Shown: piece after piece, positions 41,894-51,840 of the stretch
How the letters are laid out: each line of letters starts with the position of its first letter
Position numbering within the stretch: the first letter of the stretch is position 1
Assembly (NCBI GenBank): GCA_002746645.1
Contig: PDPU01000010.1
Span: forward strand, 2,947 to 66,946
Direction: 5' to 3'
Length of the DNA: 64,000 bases
Origin: Gammaproteobacteria bacterium
GTDB lineage: Bacteria > Pseudomonadota > Gammaproteobacteria > Granulosicoccales > Granulosicoccaceae
Made by a program: the position numbers and the translations under genes
The notes under the pieces: generated by a model
The model's input: the letters and a program-made list of their open reading frames with translations, nothing else
Told to the model about the DNA's origin: nothing
Database searches by the model: none

Positions 41894-42497
41894 GTTCCAA
41901 TCCTCCCCTTGAGCAGACTTTCCATTTCCCGCACCTGCTCCAGTTGATCGTCGACATCACGATACGGACTCTCGACATCAAGTACGACGAGACTCCCGGC
42001 ACCACTGGTCATCCAGCCAAGATCGTCTGACGGCGCGTATTCCTGCTCGTTTTTCCTCTCGACAAAGTAGGCATGAGACCTTCCATACCCCACCTTGATC
42101 TTCCAGATACTCGAATAGGTTTCGAACAGAAAGCGCCCTGTGCCTTCCGGGTCCGGAAGATAGTCCTTGAATGAAAAAACGCAGGTTGACCCGCTCACCC
42201 CGACCGCATAACCCATCAACAGATAGGGCTCGTCGAAACTGCCGACGGAATAATTCAGATCAAACATCGTGCCAATACCCGATACCATCTTGTCCTCATC
42301 GGGAATATAATCGGCATCCCGGAATGCCAGATCATATACCTGATTTCTGGCACGATCAGCATCACGTTCAATCCTGATGAACTCGACTTCCACCTCCTCG
42401 CCATTCCTGCCACCAGCTTATTTACATATTCGTCCAGCACCATGCCATCGGTGTCAATATACAACACGAAATTTAACATTTTGGTTATGTCTTTCAT
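41890..42497 (-). pseudogene. Second immunity-gene copy, frameshifted by a 19-bp deletion
   Basis: MKDITKMLNFVLYIDTDGMVLDEYVNKLV, then loss of agacttcacggatcctgca relative to copy 1; the remainder (ORF 41890-42393) is highly similar to 42602-43225. Confidence 0.82.
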
Positions 42498-42601
42498 TGA
42501 CTTTCTCCGCTTTCTGCTGCAATTTATTGCAGACTCGACAACCTGGCGAACAGGCAAGACGGCGCAGGTGAAGACAATTACGACCGTGACGACAATGCGC
42601 T

Positions 42602-43225
42602 TCAAATTCTAATTTTCCCGTTGAGCAGACTTTCCATTTCCCGCACCTGCTCCAGTTGATCGTCGACATCACGATACGGACTCTCGACATCAAGTACGAC
42701 GAGACTCCCGGCACCACTGATCCAGCCAAGATTATTTGATGGCGCGTATTCCTGTTCGTTTTTCCTCTCGACAACGTAGGCATGGGACCTGCCATACCCC
42801 ACCTCGACATTCCATATACTCGAATAGGCTTCGAACAGAAAGCGCCCTGTGCCTTCCGGGTCCGGGAGATAATCCTTGAATGAAAAAACGCAGGTTGACC
42901 CACTCACCCCGACCGCATAACCCATCAACAGATAAGGCTCGTCGAAACTGCCGACAGAACACCTCAAGTGAAACATCCTACCAATATCCAACACCAACTG
43001 ATCCTCATCGGGAATATATTCGGCATCCCGGAATGCCAGATCATATACCTGATTTCTGGCACGATCAGCATCACGTTCAATCCTGATGAACTCGACTTCC
43101 ACCTCCTCGCCATTCCTGTGCAGGATCCGTGAAGTCTCCACCAGCTTATTTACATATTCGTCCAGCACCATGCCTTCGACATCAAAATGCAAGGTGAAAT
43201 TCAGCACTCTGGTTCTATCTATCAT
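42602..43225 (-). CDS. Putative cognate immunity protein of the nuclease toxin
   Basis: 207 aa, acidic, no signal peptide, ATGA-coupled to the toxin stop, and duplicated downstream. Confidence 0.72.
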   Translation of the reverse strand: MIDRTRVLNFTLHFDVEGMVLDEYVNKLVETSRILHRNGEEVEVEFIRIERDADRARNQVYDLAFRDAEYIPDEDQLVLDIGRMFHLRCSVGSFDEPYLLMGYAVGVSGSTCVFSFKDYLPDPEGTGRFLFEAYSSIWNVEVGYGRSHAYVVERKNEQEYAPSNNLGWISGAGSLVVLDVESPYRDVDDQLEQVREMESLLNGKIRI

Positions 43226-45627
43226 TGATCCTTTCCGTTTTCTGCCACAACTCGAATGTCCAGACCCAGATCCTGGAAATCATGTGATTCTATCTCCATG
43301 TCTTGACGATACCGCTGCAAATCCATATTTAAATCATCTTCCAGAGCCCTTATAAGGGACATTTTTGCCTCCTCAGTATGAACCACAATATCCAGTCTGT
43401 ATCCAGATTCTCTTGCAATCCTGAGCTCCTGGACCAACGAATCTATTTCGATATCCATCAGGAAATCGTTTTCCAGAGTTGCACTGGTATAACGCTTGAC
43501 TTCCGTCACCATGCGGCTCAGGAGATTCACGTCATCAAACCATTTTTTACCGGCATCGTTCTCGATGAAGTATTCCATCCCGATCGGAATCCCGGTTACC
43601 TCCTCCTGATACTGCAGGGCCTTGTTGTTCGGATCCCTTGGTTCCGAAGGGTATCCAAAGAAACCCGGCCCGATCGTGCCGTCTGAATAAACACCGCTTT
43701 GATTCTCGAGCAAATGCGGGTTTTCAAGCTCATCCGGATTTCCGAGATAACGCTCGTAAACATCGAAGCAGTTGACATTATGCACCCATACTCCTGCATC
43801 GCCAACAAAGTAGCTCTGGTTGTTCGCCACACTGAAGTTGTAGACATCGATCGGTTCGTCAACCACTTGCTTCTCAAGCACCACTTCATCACCGGTCGCA
43901 GTGGCCACGATGTCATAGGCTTTCAGTTCAGTGGCAGAAACCCAGCCCTTTCCCTGTACCCAGAAAGGATGCTCTTCCGTTACACGCAGCAAGAGCCGCT
44001 CTGTCTGCAACTCCAGATAGCGCTTGGCCTGTCGCGAATACAGATGTGTCACCGCTTCGGTACTGTCGAAGTAATGGAACTCATTCCGCGAGAGCACCTG
44101 ATTTCCTACTTCTATATCTTCGATTGACTTCAACCCTGTCGGCGTCCAGACCCGGGTACCGGCCGCGAAACTGCTCGCACAAATCACCTCCTCAGGCACG
44201 TTTCGCTCTCGTGCCAGTTCTGCGCGTGTTTCCGATGCCGCCCGTGTCAGATCACGGTAACGCCCAAGCTTCACCGTCAGCTTGACCACCGCGCCACCGG
44301 AAACATAGGAGCCGATGATGCGCCCCTTGTCGTAGGGACCACAACCCTCAAGATCACTGACGTCCTGATTGATGTTCTGATTGATGATCGACCCGAGCGT
44401 GGCAACGGTGCCGGCGAAATCATGGTAGAACGCCTTGCCGAGTTCGATCAGTCCAGCAAGGGTTTCTTCGGGATTGGTGACGAGTTCCCAGACATCTTCG
44501 ATCTGACTCCATATCCCATTGATGAAGCCTTGCACGAACTCGACTGCAGCAGGCACAACCGCGGTTACAACTCGATTGAGCAGACTGCGTCGCTCATCAT
44601 CATGCGCGTGAGCCTCTTCCGGTTCCAGAGCATCTGCCTCTTCGCACTGTGGCTCCGGCCGATTTTCCCATTTCGGCGGAACCCCTGTAGTGCAGTCCCA
44701 CTGAACACCGGCTCTCAGGCTGATTCCGGTCTCGGACTCCTCGTATGCCGTGGTGGGGCAGGATTGCACACCGTCAGCACCATCACCGGGAAGGCCGTTG
44801 TCGGTGAAATCGTTTTCGACACCGCCAGCCCCTTCAAGCAGCGAGTTGAAGCTGTCGCTGTTGTCACTCAGGGGTGAAGTATCAGCGACCGGACTGGTAT
44901 TGCCTGTTGCTGCCTCGTCGTCAGCAACCTGCGCCTCGGCCATGCTCGCCTCAGCCTGTTCGATTTCGTCCTTCCAGGCCGATGATTGCATGCGCACCGT
45001 GGCGACAGCTGTCAGCGGTATCTGGTTCTGCTCGTAGTAATAATGGTTGTCGGGGTCGATCGCCCTCATCGCGAGGGCGAGCGCTCTTCCGACCAGCGGC
45101 ACCTTCAGATCGAAACCGTACTTGACCTTGATCTTGAGGATGTTCGCGTCGCGAATGGACAATCCCGAGGCATTGCCGATCTCGTTTCCCTGATGGCGAA
45201 GATGACTGTTCGGAATGATCCTGCGCCCGCTGTCCAGTTCTTCGACACCCCAGTCATCGAAGGCTGCAAGGGTAGGGTTGATGATTTCGATGCGGGTTCG
45301 AAGGGGGTCCCCGACCATCAATCTTGATCGAACAATTGCTGCCGCCGCCTTGTCTGCGCTGCCGTCACCACCCAGCAATGGCGCCAGACGAAGACCCAGC
45401 TCGTGCCGCATCCTGTCCACACGCGCATTGTGTGTGGCCCCTGTTCTTGCCGCCTCGAAAGTTGCGTAGTTGAGTGTGGTCTTGCCGTGATAAATGAAGC
45501 TGACCTGAAGAGTGGCAAGACCGATGCCGAGAAGAATGGGCACGGCAATGGCGAATTCGCTCAGAGATCCCTTCTGACGATTGCCTCGCTTGATGGCGCC
45601 TGAAAGGCGCAACATTCCAGTGTCCAT
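43222..45627 (-). CDS. TadE-like pseudopilin / pre-toxin / Hint / Tox-REase-5-like polymorphic toxin
   Basis: N-terminus QKG-SLSEFAIAVPILLGIGL..LQ...LNYATFEAARTGA (TadE). Hint SFAAGT.V.T..G.KSIEDI..G..V, TEEHPFWV..KGWV.A..L, VYNFSV....YFVG..GVWVHN (44172-43777). C-terminus YQEEVTG....EY...FDD....TEVKRY. Confidence 0.82.
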   Translation of the reverse strand: MDTGMLRLSGAIKRGNRQKGSLSEFAIAVPILLGIGLATLQVSFIYHGKTTLNYATFEAARTGATHNARVDRMRHELGLRLAPLLGGDGSADKAAAAIVRSRLMVGDPLRTRIEIINPTLAAFDDWGVEELDSGRRIIPNSHLRHQGNEIGNASGLSIRDANILKIKVKYGFDLKVPLVGRALALAMRAIDPDNHYYYEQNQIPLTAVATVRMQSSAWKDEIEQAEASMAEAQVADDEAATGNTSPVADTSPLSDNSDSFNSLLEGAGGVENDFTDNGLPGDGADGVQSCPTTAYEESETGISLRAGVQWDCTTGVPPKWENRPEPQCEEADALEPEEAHAHDDERRSLLNRVVTAVVPAAVEFVQGFINGIWSQIEDVWELVTNPEETLAGLIELGKAFYHDFAGTVATLGSIINQNINQDVSDLEGCGPYDKGRIIGSYVSGGAVVKLTVKLGRYRDLTRAASETRAELARERNVPEEVICASSFAAGTRVWTPTGLKSIEDIEVGNQVLSRNEFHYFDSTEAVTHLYSRQAKRYLELQTERLLLRVTEEHPFWVQGKGWVSATELKAYDIVATATGDEVVLEKQVVDEPIDVYNFSVANNQSYFVGDAGVWVHNVNCFDVYERYLGNPDELENPHLLENQSGVYSDGTIGPGFFGYPSEPRDPNNKALQYQEEVTGIPIGMEYFIENDAGKKWFDDVNLLSRMVTEVKRYTSATLENDFLMDIEIDSLVQELRIARESGYRLDIVVHTEEAKMSLIRALEDDLNMDLQRYRQDMEIESHDFQDLGLDIRVVAENGKDQ

Positions 45628-45777
45628 CTTTGAATTCCCGAACAAACCTGTCGACGACGGGAACCGGCCATGCCTTGTCGACCACTACCGCAAGAACCGG
45701 ACTCCCGAAGGAGCTAACGCGCGGGCACTGGAATTCTGACAGCCAAGCCATGGCGGATCGTGAGGCGGCCGACATCA

Positions 45778-45872
45778 GTCAGCCGGCACGCACCACCGAA
45801 CCACCTGAAACAGGTCAGCCGATATGCACTACCGGCCCTCTGGACAGTGGCCAGCCGGTACGGGCCGCCGCC
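45778..45872. repeat. Three degenerate 36-bp-period repeats between lpxC and the toxin operon
   Basis: gtcagccggcacgcaccaccg (45778), gtcagccgatatgcactaccg (45814), gccagccggtacgggccgccg (45850). Confidence 0.55.
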
Positions 45873-45887
45873 GGGGCGTTCCTGGCC

Positions 45888-46799
45888 TCAGGCCGTCTGC
45901 GCCTGCGCGTACACGATGGGCGCGGGCTTGCGCTCGTCGTCGAACACCACTTCTTCCCAGGTGTCGGGGTTGGCCATGAGTTCGCGCAGGAGCTTGTTGT
46001 TGAGCCCGTGTCCGGACTTGTGGCCGATGAAGTAGCCAATGAGGCTGTGGCCGAGCAGATAGAGGTCGCCGATGGCGTCGAGAATCTTGTGACGCACGAA
46101 CTCGTTGGAGTAGCGGAGGCCGTCCTGGTTGAGCACGCGGAAGTCGTCGATGACGATGGCGTTGTCGAGGCTGCCGCCGAGGGCAAGATTGCGCTGACGC
46201 AGCGTTTCGATGTCGCGCATGAAACCGAAGGTGCGTGCGCGGCTGATTTCGCGCACGAACGACATGGTCGAGAAGTCCACTTCGGCCGACTGCTCCTGGG
46301 TCTGGAACAGCGGGTGCTCGAAATCGATCGAGAACGAGACCTTGAAACCGTCGAAGGGCTCGAAACGGGCGAGCTTGTCACCGTCGCGCACTTCCACGGG
46401 CTTCTTGATGCGCACGAAGCGCTTCGGTGCGCCCTGCTCGAGAATACCGGCGGACTGGATGAGGAACACGAAGGGGGCTGCGCTGCCGTCCATGATCGGC
46501 ACTTCACCGGCCGAGAGATCCACGTAGCAGTTGTCGATGCCAAGCCCGGCCAGCGCCGACATCAGGTGCTCGACGGTGGAGATGCGCACGCCATCCTTTG
46601 CCAGCGTGGTCGCGAGGTCGGTTTCCTGCACGTGTTGCGGCTTGCTCGGAATTTCCACCGGTGGGTTGCTGTCGATGCGGCGGAACACGATGCCGCAGTC
46701 GATCGGCGCCGGACGCAGGGTCAGGAACACCTTCTGACCGGTATGGAGGCCGATGCCGGTAGCGCGGATGGTGTTCTTGAGAGTGCGTTGTCTGATCAC
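45888..46799 (-). CDS. lpxC: UDP-3-O-acyl-GlcNAc deacetylase
   Basis: (M)[38 protein letters not shown]; GTG start with GGAG RBS. Confidence 0.96.
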   Translation of the reverse strand: MIRQRTLKNTIRATGIGLHTGQKVFLTLRPAPIDCGIVFRRIDSNPPVEIPSKPQHVQETDLATTLAKDGVRISTVEHLMSALAGLGIDNCYVDLSAGEVPIMDGSAAPFVFLIQSAGILEQGAPKRFVRIKKPVEVRDGDKLARFEPFDGFKVSFSIDFEHPLFQTQEQSAEVDFSTMSFVREISRARTFGFMRDIETLRQRNLALGGSLDNAIVIDDFRVLNQDGLRYSNEFVRHKILDAIGDLYLLGHSLIGYFIGHKSGHGLNNKLLRELMANPDTWEEVVFDDERKPAPIVYAQAQTA

Positions 46800-47229
46800 G
46801 GGTGGGTTCTCCGGAACGGTGTGCTGGCCGTTGGCGTCGCGTCGGAACATCGAGACTTCGCCGTGAAAACCCTGTGAAATCAAGGTTCCGACTGCACCGG
46901 ATGCGAACGGTTGCGCGGTACTTTTGTGAAGAGCGCTCTGATATATAGCAGCTCTCCGCAATTTTGGAAGTATGGTTGCACCTCCGGGCCGCAACAAGTG
47001 GACACTTGTCACAGATGTTTGACGAACCGATCGAGATCCAGCCCGAATCGGCCCGATTCGGCAACCAACCTCCCTTAGCGAAACCAGCAACACCCGTCTT
47101 GAGCATACCAGAGCACAGGTGGACGAACTGTCATGTGACTCGTATCCGATACGAAAGTTCGTCATTCGGAACCGTGAACGAGTGGCCACTGCGAGATGCA
47201 TCCCGCAGCGGCCACTCGCGAACCTCGGC

Positions 47230-48540
47230 TCAGTCAGCCTGACGACGCAGGAATGCCGGAATGTCGAGGTACTCGACGTCCTGACTACCGCTGCTCGGCT
47301 GCGCAAGGCCCTGGGCATGTTTCCTCGTCACCGACGGCTTTTCGTACTGGCTGTAGCGTGACTGACCGCCGGGCTGTCCGCCCATGCCGCCCTGCACACC
47401 CGAAACCATGCCGGATTGCTGGCCACCGGCCATGCCGGCACCTCCCTGCCCCATCATGCTCGGCTGGGTGCCGGCGCCGTGACCGACACCACCACCGGCA
47501 ACCGCGCCGCGGGCACCCCCGCGAGCAACGGCACGTGCCGGGCGTGCGCTCTGTACCGAACGGATCTGCGCCTGCTGAGCCTGTTGCTGACCGAGGCCGG
47601 TCGCAACGACGGTGACGCGGAGTTCGCCTTCGAGCGATTCGTCGATCGCGGTACCGACCACCACCGTTGCATCGTCGGCGGCGAATTCGCGAACCACGTT
47701 GCCGACTTCCTCGAACTCGCCGATGGCCATGTCGAGACCGGCGGTGATGTTGACGAGGATGCCGCGCGCACCCGAAAGATCGATGTCTTCGAGGAGCGGG
47801 CTGGAGATCGCCATTTCGGCGGCTTCGGTGGCACGCTCGTCACCACGGCCAACGCCCGAGCCCATCATCGCGAGACCCATTTCACTCATGACGGTACGCA
47901 CGTCGGCGAAGTCGACGTTGATGAGGCCGGGGTTGGTGATGAGTTCGGCGATGCCCTGCACCGCACCGCGCAGCACGTCGTTCGCCGCTCGGAAGGCGTC
48001 GAGCAGGCTGATGTTCTTGCCGAGCACCGACAGCAGCTTCTCGTTCGGAATGGTGATCAGCGAATCGACGTGGCCACGAAGTTCCTCGATACCGGCTTCG
48101 GCGGTACCCATGCGCTTCCTGCCCTCGAAGGGGAAGGGCTTGGTGACGACGGCGACCGTCAGCACGCCCATTTCACGGGCGATCTGGGCCACGACGGGAA
48201 TCGCGCCCGTGCCGGTACCGCCGCCCATGCCGGCAGTCACGAACAGCATGTCGGTGCCCTCGATGAGGTCCTGGATGCGGTCACGGTCTTCCATCGCGGC
48301 CTGTCGGCCGATCTCGGGATTGGCACCGGCGCCGAGGCCCTTGGTGATGCTCTGGCCGATGTGCAGCACGGTGTCGGCGTTCATGGCCTTGAGCGCCTGG
48401 GCGTCGGTATTGGCGCAGATGAATTCCACGCCCTCGATGCCCGAGGCCACCATGTGCTGGACGGCATTGCTGCCGCCGCCACCGACGCCGATGAGCTTGA
48501 TGGTGGGCGAGTCGTTGATGGTATCTACGAGTTCAAACAT
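47230..48540 (-). CDS. ftsZ: Cell division protein FtsZ
   Basis: [26 protein letters not shown]-terminal [12 protein letters not shown]. Confidence 0.98.
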   Translation of the reverse strand: MFELVDTINDSPTIKLIGVGGGGSNAVQHMVASGIEGVEFICANTDAQALKAMNADTVLHIGQSITKGLGAGANPEIGRQAAMEDRDRIQDLIEGTDMLFVTAGMGGGTGTGAIPVVAQIAREMGVLTVAVVTKPFPFEGRKRMGTAEAGIEELRGHVDSLITIPNEKLLSVLGKNISLLDAFRAANDVLRGAVQGIAELITNPGLINVDFADVRTVMSEMGLAMMGSGVGRGDERATEAAEMAISSPLLEDIDLSGARGILVNITAGLDMAIGEFEEVGNVVREFAADDATVVVGTAIDESLEGELRVTVVATGLGQQQAQQAQIRSVQSARPARAVARGGARGAVAGGGVGHGAGTQPSMMGQGGAGMAGGQQSGMVSGVQGGMGGQPGGQSRYSQYEKPSVTRKHAQGLAQPSSGSQDVEYLDIPAFLRRQAD

Positions 48541-48749
48541 GTTTCTGTTTCTCCTGTGTATTGATGTTGTATTGAGTTGAGTTCTGGTTACCGATCGTCA
48601 GCAATTGCTGTTCATGAAATCAGTTCTGTTGCTTCCGGCGTCGTGCTGTTGCCTGCGGCGATTCACTGTTGCTCTTGTCGTGTTGTTGCTCTTGTTGCGT
48701 TCTCGATACGAGCCGACGCGTTCCTGCGACTTCCCGCCCCCTGTCATGC

Positions 48750-49985
48750 TCAGAAATAACTTCTGAACCACTCCATCATCCGACTGATCAAGCCCTGCTC
48801 GGTGCTGGTATCGGACGAATCGCTTCGTGGGTTCTGCCTGCGTTGCTGCCCGTACAGCAGCAACCCGACTCCCGTGGCATGAATCGGGTTGCGCGCTATC
48901 TCTGCGAGCCCGTTGACATGCTGTGGCACACCCAGTCTCACCGGCATGTGAAAGATCTCCTCTGCCAGTTCCACCACGCCTTCCATCTTTGACGTGCCGC
49001 CGGTCAGAACCACCCCGGCGGCACAGGCGCTGTCAAATCCGTATCTCGTCAGTTCTTCGTTGACGAGCGTCAGTAGTTCCTCGTAACGCATCTCGACGAT
49101 GCCGGCGAGCGTCTGCCGCGCCAGCCGCCGTGCGTTCCGGTCGCCCACGCCGGGCACCTCGATCATGTCCTCGGCGCTCGCCAGCTGCTTCAGCGCGCAG
49201 GCATACTTCACCTTGATTTCCTCGGCGAACTGCGTCGGCGTGCGGAAGGCCACGGCAATGTCGTTGGTGACCTGATCGCCCGCGACGGGAATCACCGCCG
49301 TATGGCGAATCGCACCCTCGGTGAAGACGGCGATGTCGGTGGTGCCGCCGCCCATGTCGACGAGCACGACACCGAGATCCTTCTCGTCATCCGTGAGTAC
49401 CGAATGGCTCGAGGCGATCTGTTCGAGGATGATTTCCTCGCACTCGAGATCGCAGAGGCGGATGCACTTGACGATGTTCTGCGCGGCGCTGATCGATCCG
49501 GTGACGAGATGCACGCGCGCTTCGAGGCGCACGCCCGACATGCCGAGCGGCTGGGTGATGCCGTCCTGATCATCGATGGCGTATTCCTGCGGCAGCACGT
49601 GGATGATGCGCTGGTCAGCGGGAATCGCCACCGCCTTTGCCGCATCCACCACCCGGTCAATGTCGTTCTGCTCGACTTCGTTGGTCTTGATCGCGACGAT
49701 GCCATGCGAGTTCATGCTGCGGATATGGGAGCCGGCAATGCCGGCGAACACCGAGTGCACCTGCACGCCCGCCATGCGCTCGGCCTCCTCGACCGCATGC
49801 CTGATGGCGGTCACGGTGCTGTCGATGTTCACGACCACACCCTTCTTCATGCCCTGCGAGCGGTGCGTGCCCATGCCGATCAGTTCGACCTCGCCCGCCT
49901 CGTCGATCTCGGCAACCAGCGCGACGATCTTCGAGGTACCGATATCGAGTGCAACCACCATCTGTCTGTCTGTATTCGATGCCAT
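48750..49985 (-). CDS. ftsA: Cell division protein FtsA
   Basis: ALDIGTSKI, DMGGGTTDI, VLTGG, C-terminal amphipathic helix. Confidence 0.97.
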   Translation of the reverse strand: MASNTDRQMVVALDIGTSKIVALVAEIDEAGEVELIGMGTHRSQGMKKGVVVNIDSTVTAIRHAVEEAERMAGVQVHSVFAGIAGSHIRSMNSHGIVAIKTNEVEQNDIDRVVDAAKAVAIPADQRIIHVLPQEYAIDDQDGITQPLGMSGVRLEARVHLVTGSISAAQNIVKCIRLCDLECEEIILEQIASSHSVLTDDEKDLGVVLVDMGGGTTDIAVFTEGAIRHTAVIPVAGDQVTNDIAVAFRTPTQFAEEIKVKYACALKQLASAEDMIEVPGVGDRNARRLARQTLAGIVEMRYEELLTLVNEELTRYGFDSACAAGVVLTGGTSKMEGVVELAEEIFHMPVRLGVPQHVNGLAEIARNPIHATGVGLLLYGQQRRQNPRSDSSDTSTEQGLISRMMEWFRSYF

Positions 49986-50902
49986 CAGCGGGCCTCCTCC
50001 GAATGCTCTCCCGATTGCCCTGCCGACTGACCGGACTTTCCCTGTTCGTTCACCCCGAGGCGCTCTCCCGGACGCGCACCCGACACCGTGAATCCATTGC
50101 TGTAACGCATGTCGATTCCTGTTCGTCGCGCCGTTGCCGCATCCAGCCCGTCGAAAAGTCGCGGGGCCACGTCGACAAAGCGTGCGAGACGCTGCTCCTG
50201 ATTCTCGTAGCCGAGTTCGAGCGAGACACCGTTCGAGAGCCTGAGCGTCTGCGACTGGCGTTCGTCCTCCTCGAGCACGACGATGGCAAGACCGATGGGC
50301 GCGAGCGCGCCGCTGTAGCGTCGATAGTCGTCAACGACCACATCGTGGCGGCCATCACCGCCGTAAAGCTGTGGCAGGTCACTGAACATCTGGCGCCACT
50401 CGTCGTAGCCGGGGTTGTTCATGTCGAGCTGCGAGGGCTCGAAGACGTCGAGACGCTTGCTGATGAAGGCATTGTCGTTCCAGCGCGCCATCGGTTCATG
50501 CTCGTCGACCTCGACGGTGATGCGGCCCGGCCAGACCCGGCTGACGTGCGCCGACGCCACCCAGGGCGTCGCTTCAACGGCGTCCCTGACGGCATCGATG
50601 TCGAGTCCGTAGAAACCGAGACTGACGAAAGGCACGATGACACTCTGGATATTGCCTCGGTCGGCGTAGTCGAGGGTGCCGAGCACGTCGACGTTCTGCA
50701 CCGGAAAGTGCTGCGGATCGATGACGTAGTCGCGCACTTCGAACACCAGCAGCACGCCAAGCACCACGGCAACGATCGACGCAAGCGGCCGCCAGGGTAC
50801 ACGACCGGCGGTATCCGCGGCCATGTCGCCAGCCCTGTTCGAAGTTGCCCCCGGGAACGAACCCGAAGCGCCGAAGGCACAGTTGTCGGCAAGCTGCATC
50901 AT
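49985..50902 (-). CDS. ftsQ: Cell division protein FtsQ
   Basis: TM segment plus POTRA (PWV..A.V.RVWP), IDMRYSNGF; dcw position. Confidence 0.9.
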   Translation of the reverse strand: MMQLADNCAFGASGSFPGATSNRAGDMAADTAGRVPWRPLASIVAVVLGVLLVFEVRDYVIDPQHFPVQNVDVLGTLDYADRGNIQSVIVPFVSLGFYGLDIDAVRDAVEATPWVASAHVSRVWPGRITVEVDEHEPMARWNDNAFISKRLDVFEPSQLDMNNPGYDEWRQMFSDLPQLYGGDGRHDVVVDDYRRYSGALAPIGLAIVVLEEDERQSQTLRLSNGVSLELGYENQEQRLARFVDVAPRLFDGLDAATARRTGIDMRYSNGFTVSGARPGERLGVNEQGKSGQSAGQSGEHSEEAR

Positions 50903-51840
50903 GCCGCACGCTCCTTCTCGCCAAGGCTGCCGCGCAGAATCTCGAGGCAGAGTTCGGTGAAATCGATGCCGGCTTCGGCCGCAGCCTGCGGCACGAGACT
51001 GTGACCGGTCATGCCCGGTGCGGTGTTGCACTCGATGAACTGCGGATCGTCGTTGGCATCGAGCATGAAGTCGACTCGACCCCAGCCGCTGCAACCGAGC
51101 AGACGATAGGCCTCGAGTGCAAGTCGCTGGATGCGTGCGGTGAGTTCCGGCGCAAGATCCGCCGGACACTCGTATACGGTGTCGTCGGCATGGTACTTCG
51201 CCTCGTAGTCGTAGAAGCCACTCGCCGCACGCATGCTCACGAGCGGCAGTGCGCGGTCTCCGAGAATCGCCGCCGTCACCTCGCGCCCGCGCATCTTCTG
51301 CTCGACCATGACTTCACCATGGCGCGCGGCGAGTTCCCAGGCGGCGTCGATACCCGCGGCATCGTCGACCATCGTTATGCCAATGCTTGACCCCTCGGTA
51401 CTCGGCTTGACCACCACGGGATAACCGATGGTATCGGCGGCACGGCGGGCGTCGTCAGGCGAATCGACGAGCAGCGCCACGGGCGTGGGGATACCGCACT
51501 GCTGCAGAAACTGCTTGGTGCGCCACTTGTCCATGGCAAGCGCCGAAGCGAGCACGCCGGAGCCGGTATAGGGAATGCCGGCGAGTTCGAGCACGGCCTG
51601 AACGATCCCATCTTCACCGCCACGACCGTGCAGTATCAGAAAGGCACGCTCGAAGCCGCCTGCCAGGAGCATCCGGGCGATGTCGCGCCCGGCGTCCACG
51701 GGATGCACGTCGATGCCGGCCGATGCCAGCGCATCGAAAACGGCCTGCCCGCTCATGAGCGACACCTCGCGCTCACTGGACCAGCCGCCCATGACCACGG
51801 CGACCTTGCCGAAATCGTTGTTGCGGTTCTGCTCAGCCAC
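50899..51840 (-). CDS. ddl: D-alanine--D-alanine ligase
   Basis: [44 protein letters not shown]. Confidence 0.95.
   Translation of the reverse strand: MAEQNRNNDFGKVAVVMGGWSSEREVSLMSGQAVFDALASAGIDVHPVDAGRDIARMLLAGGFERAFLILHGRGGEDGIVQAVLELAGIPYTGSGVLASALAMDKWRTKQFLQQCGIPTPVALLVDSPDDARRAADTIGYPVVVKPSTEGSSIGITMVDDAAGIDAAWELAARHGEVMVEQKMRGREVTAAILGDRALPLVSMRAASGFYDYEAKYHADDTVYECPADLAPELTARIQRLALEAYRLLGCSGWGRVDFMLDANDDPQFIECNTAPGMTGHSLVPQAAAEAGIDFTELCLEILRGSLGEKERAA

Larger units (their letters stand above)
41817..43245. repeat. ~700-bp diverged tandem duplication (about 41817-42516 and 42529-43245)
   Basis: Long near-identical blocks such as ttgagcagactttccatttcccgcacctgctccagttgatcgtcgacatcacgatacggactctcgac occur in both copies. 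Confidence 0.9.

Noticed and set aside
41817-43245. Duplication as a pure assembly artefact
   Set aside because: The copies differ by many substitutions, a 3-bp indel and a 19-bp deletion, and have distinct 5' ends. A strain chimera cannot be fully excluded without reads.
43777-44172. Classical self-splicing intein or mobile homing element
   Set aside because: There is no homing endonuclease, the +1 residue is Val, and the context is a pre-toxin position rather than a conserved host enzyme.
45778-45872. Possible CRISPR array (36-bp periodicity; likewise 31425-31532)
   Set aside because: Units are contiguous and degenerate with no unique spacers, and no cas genes are present.
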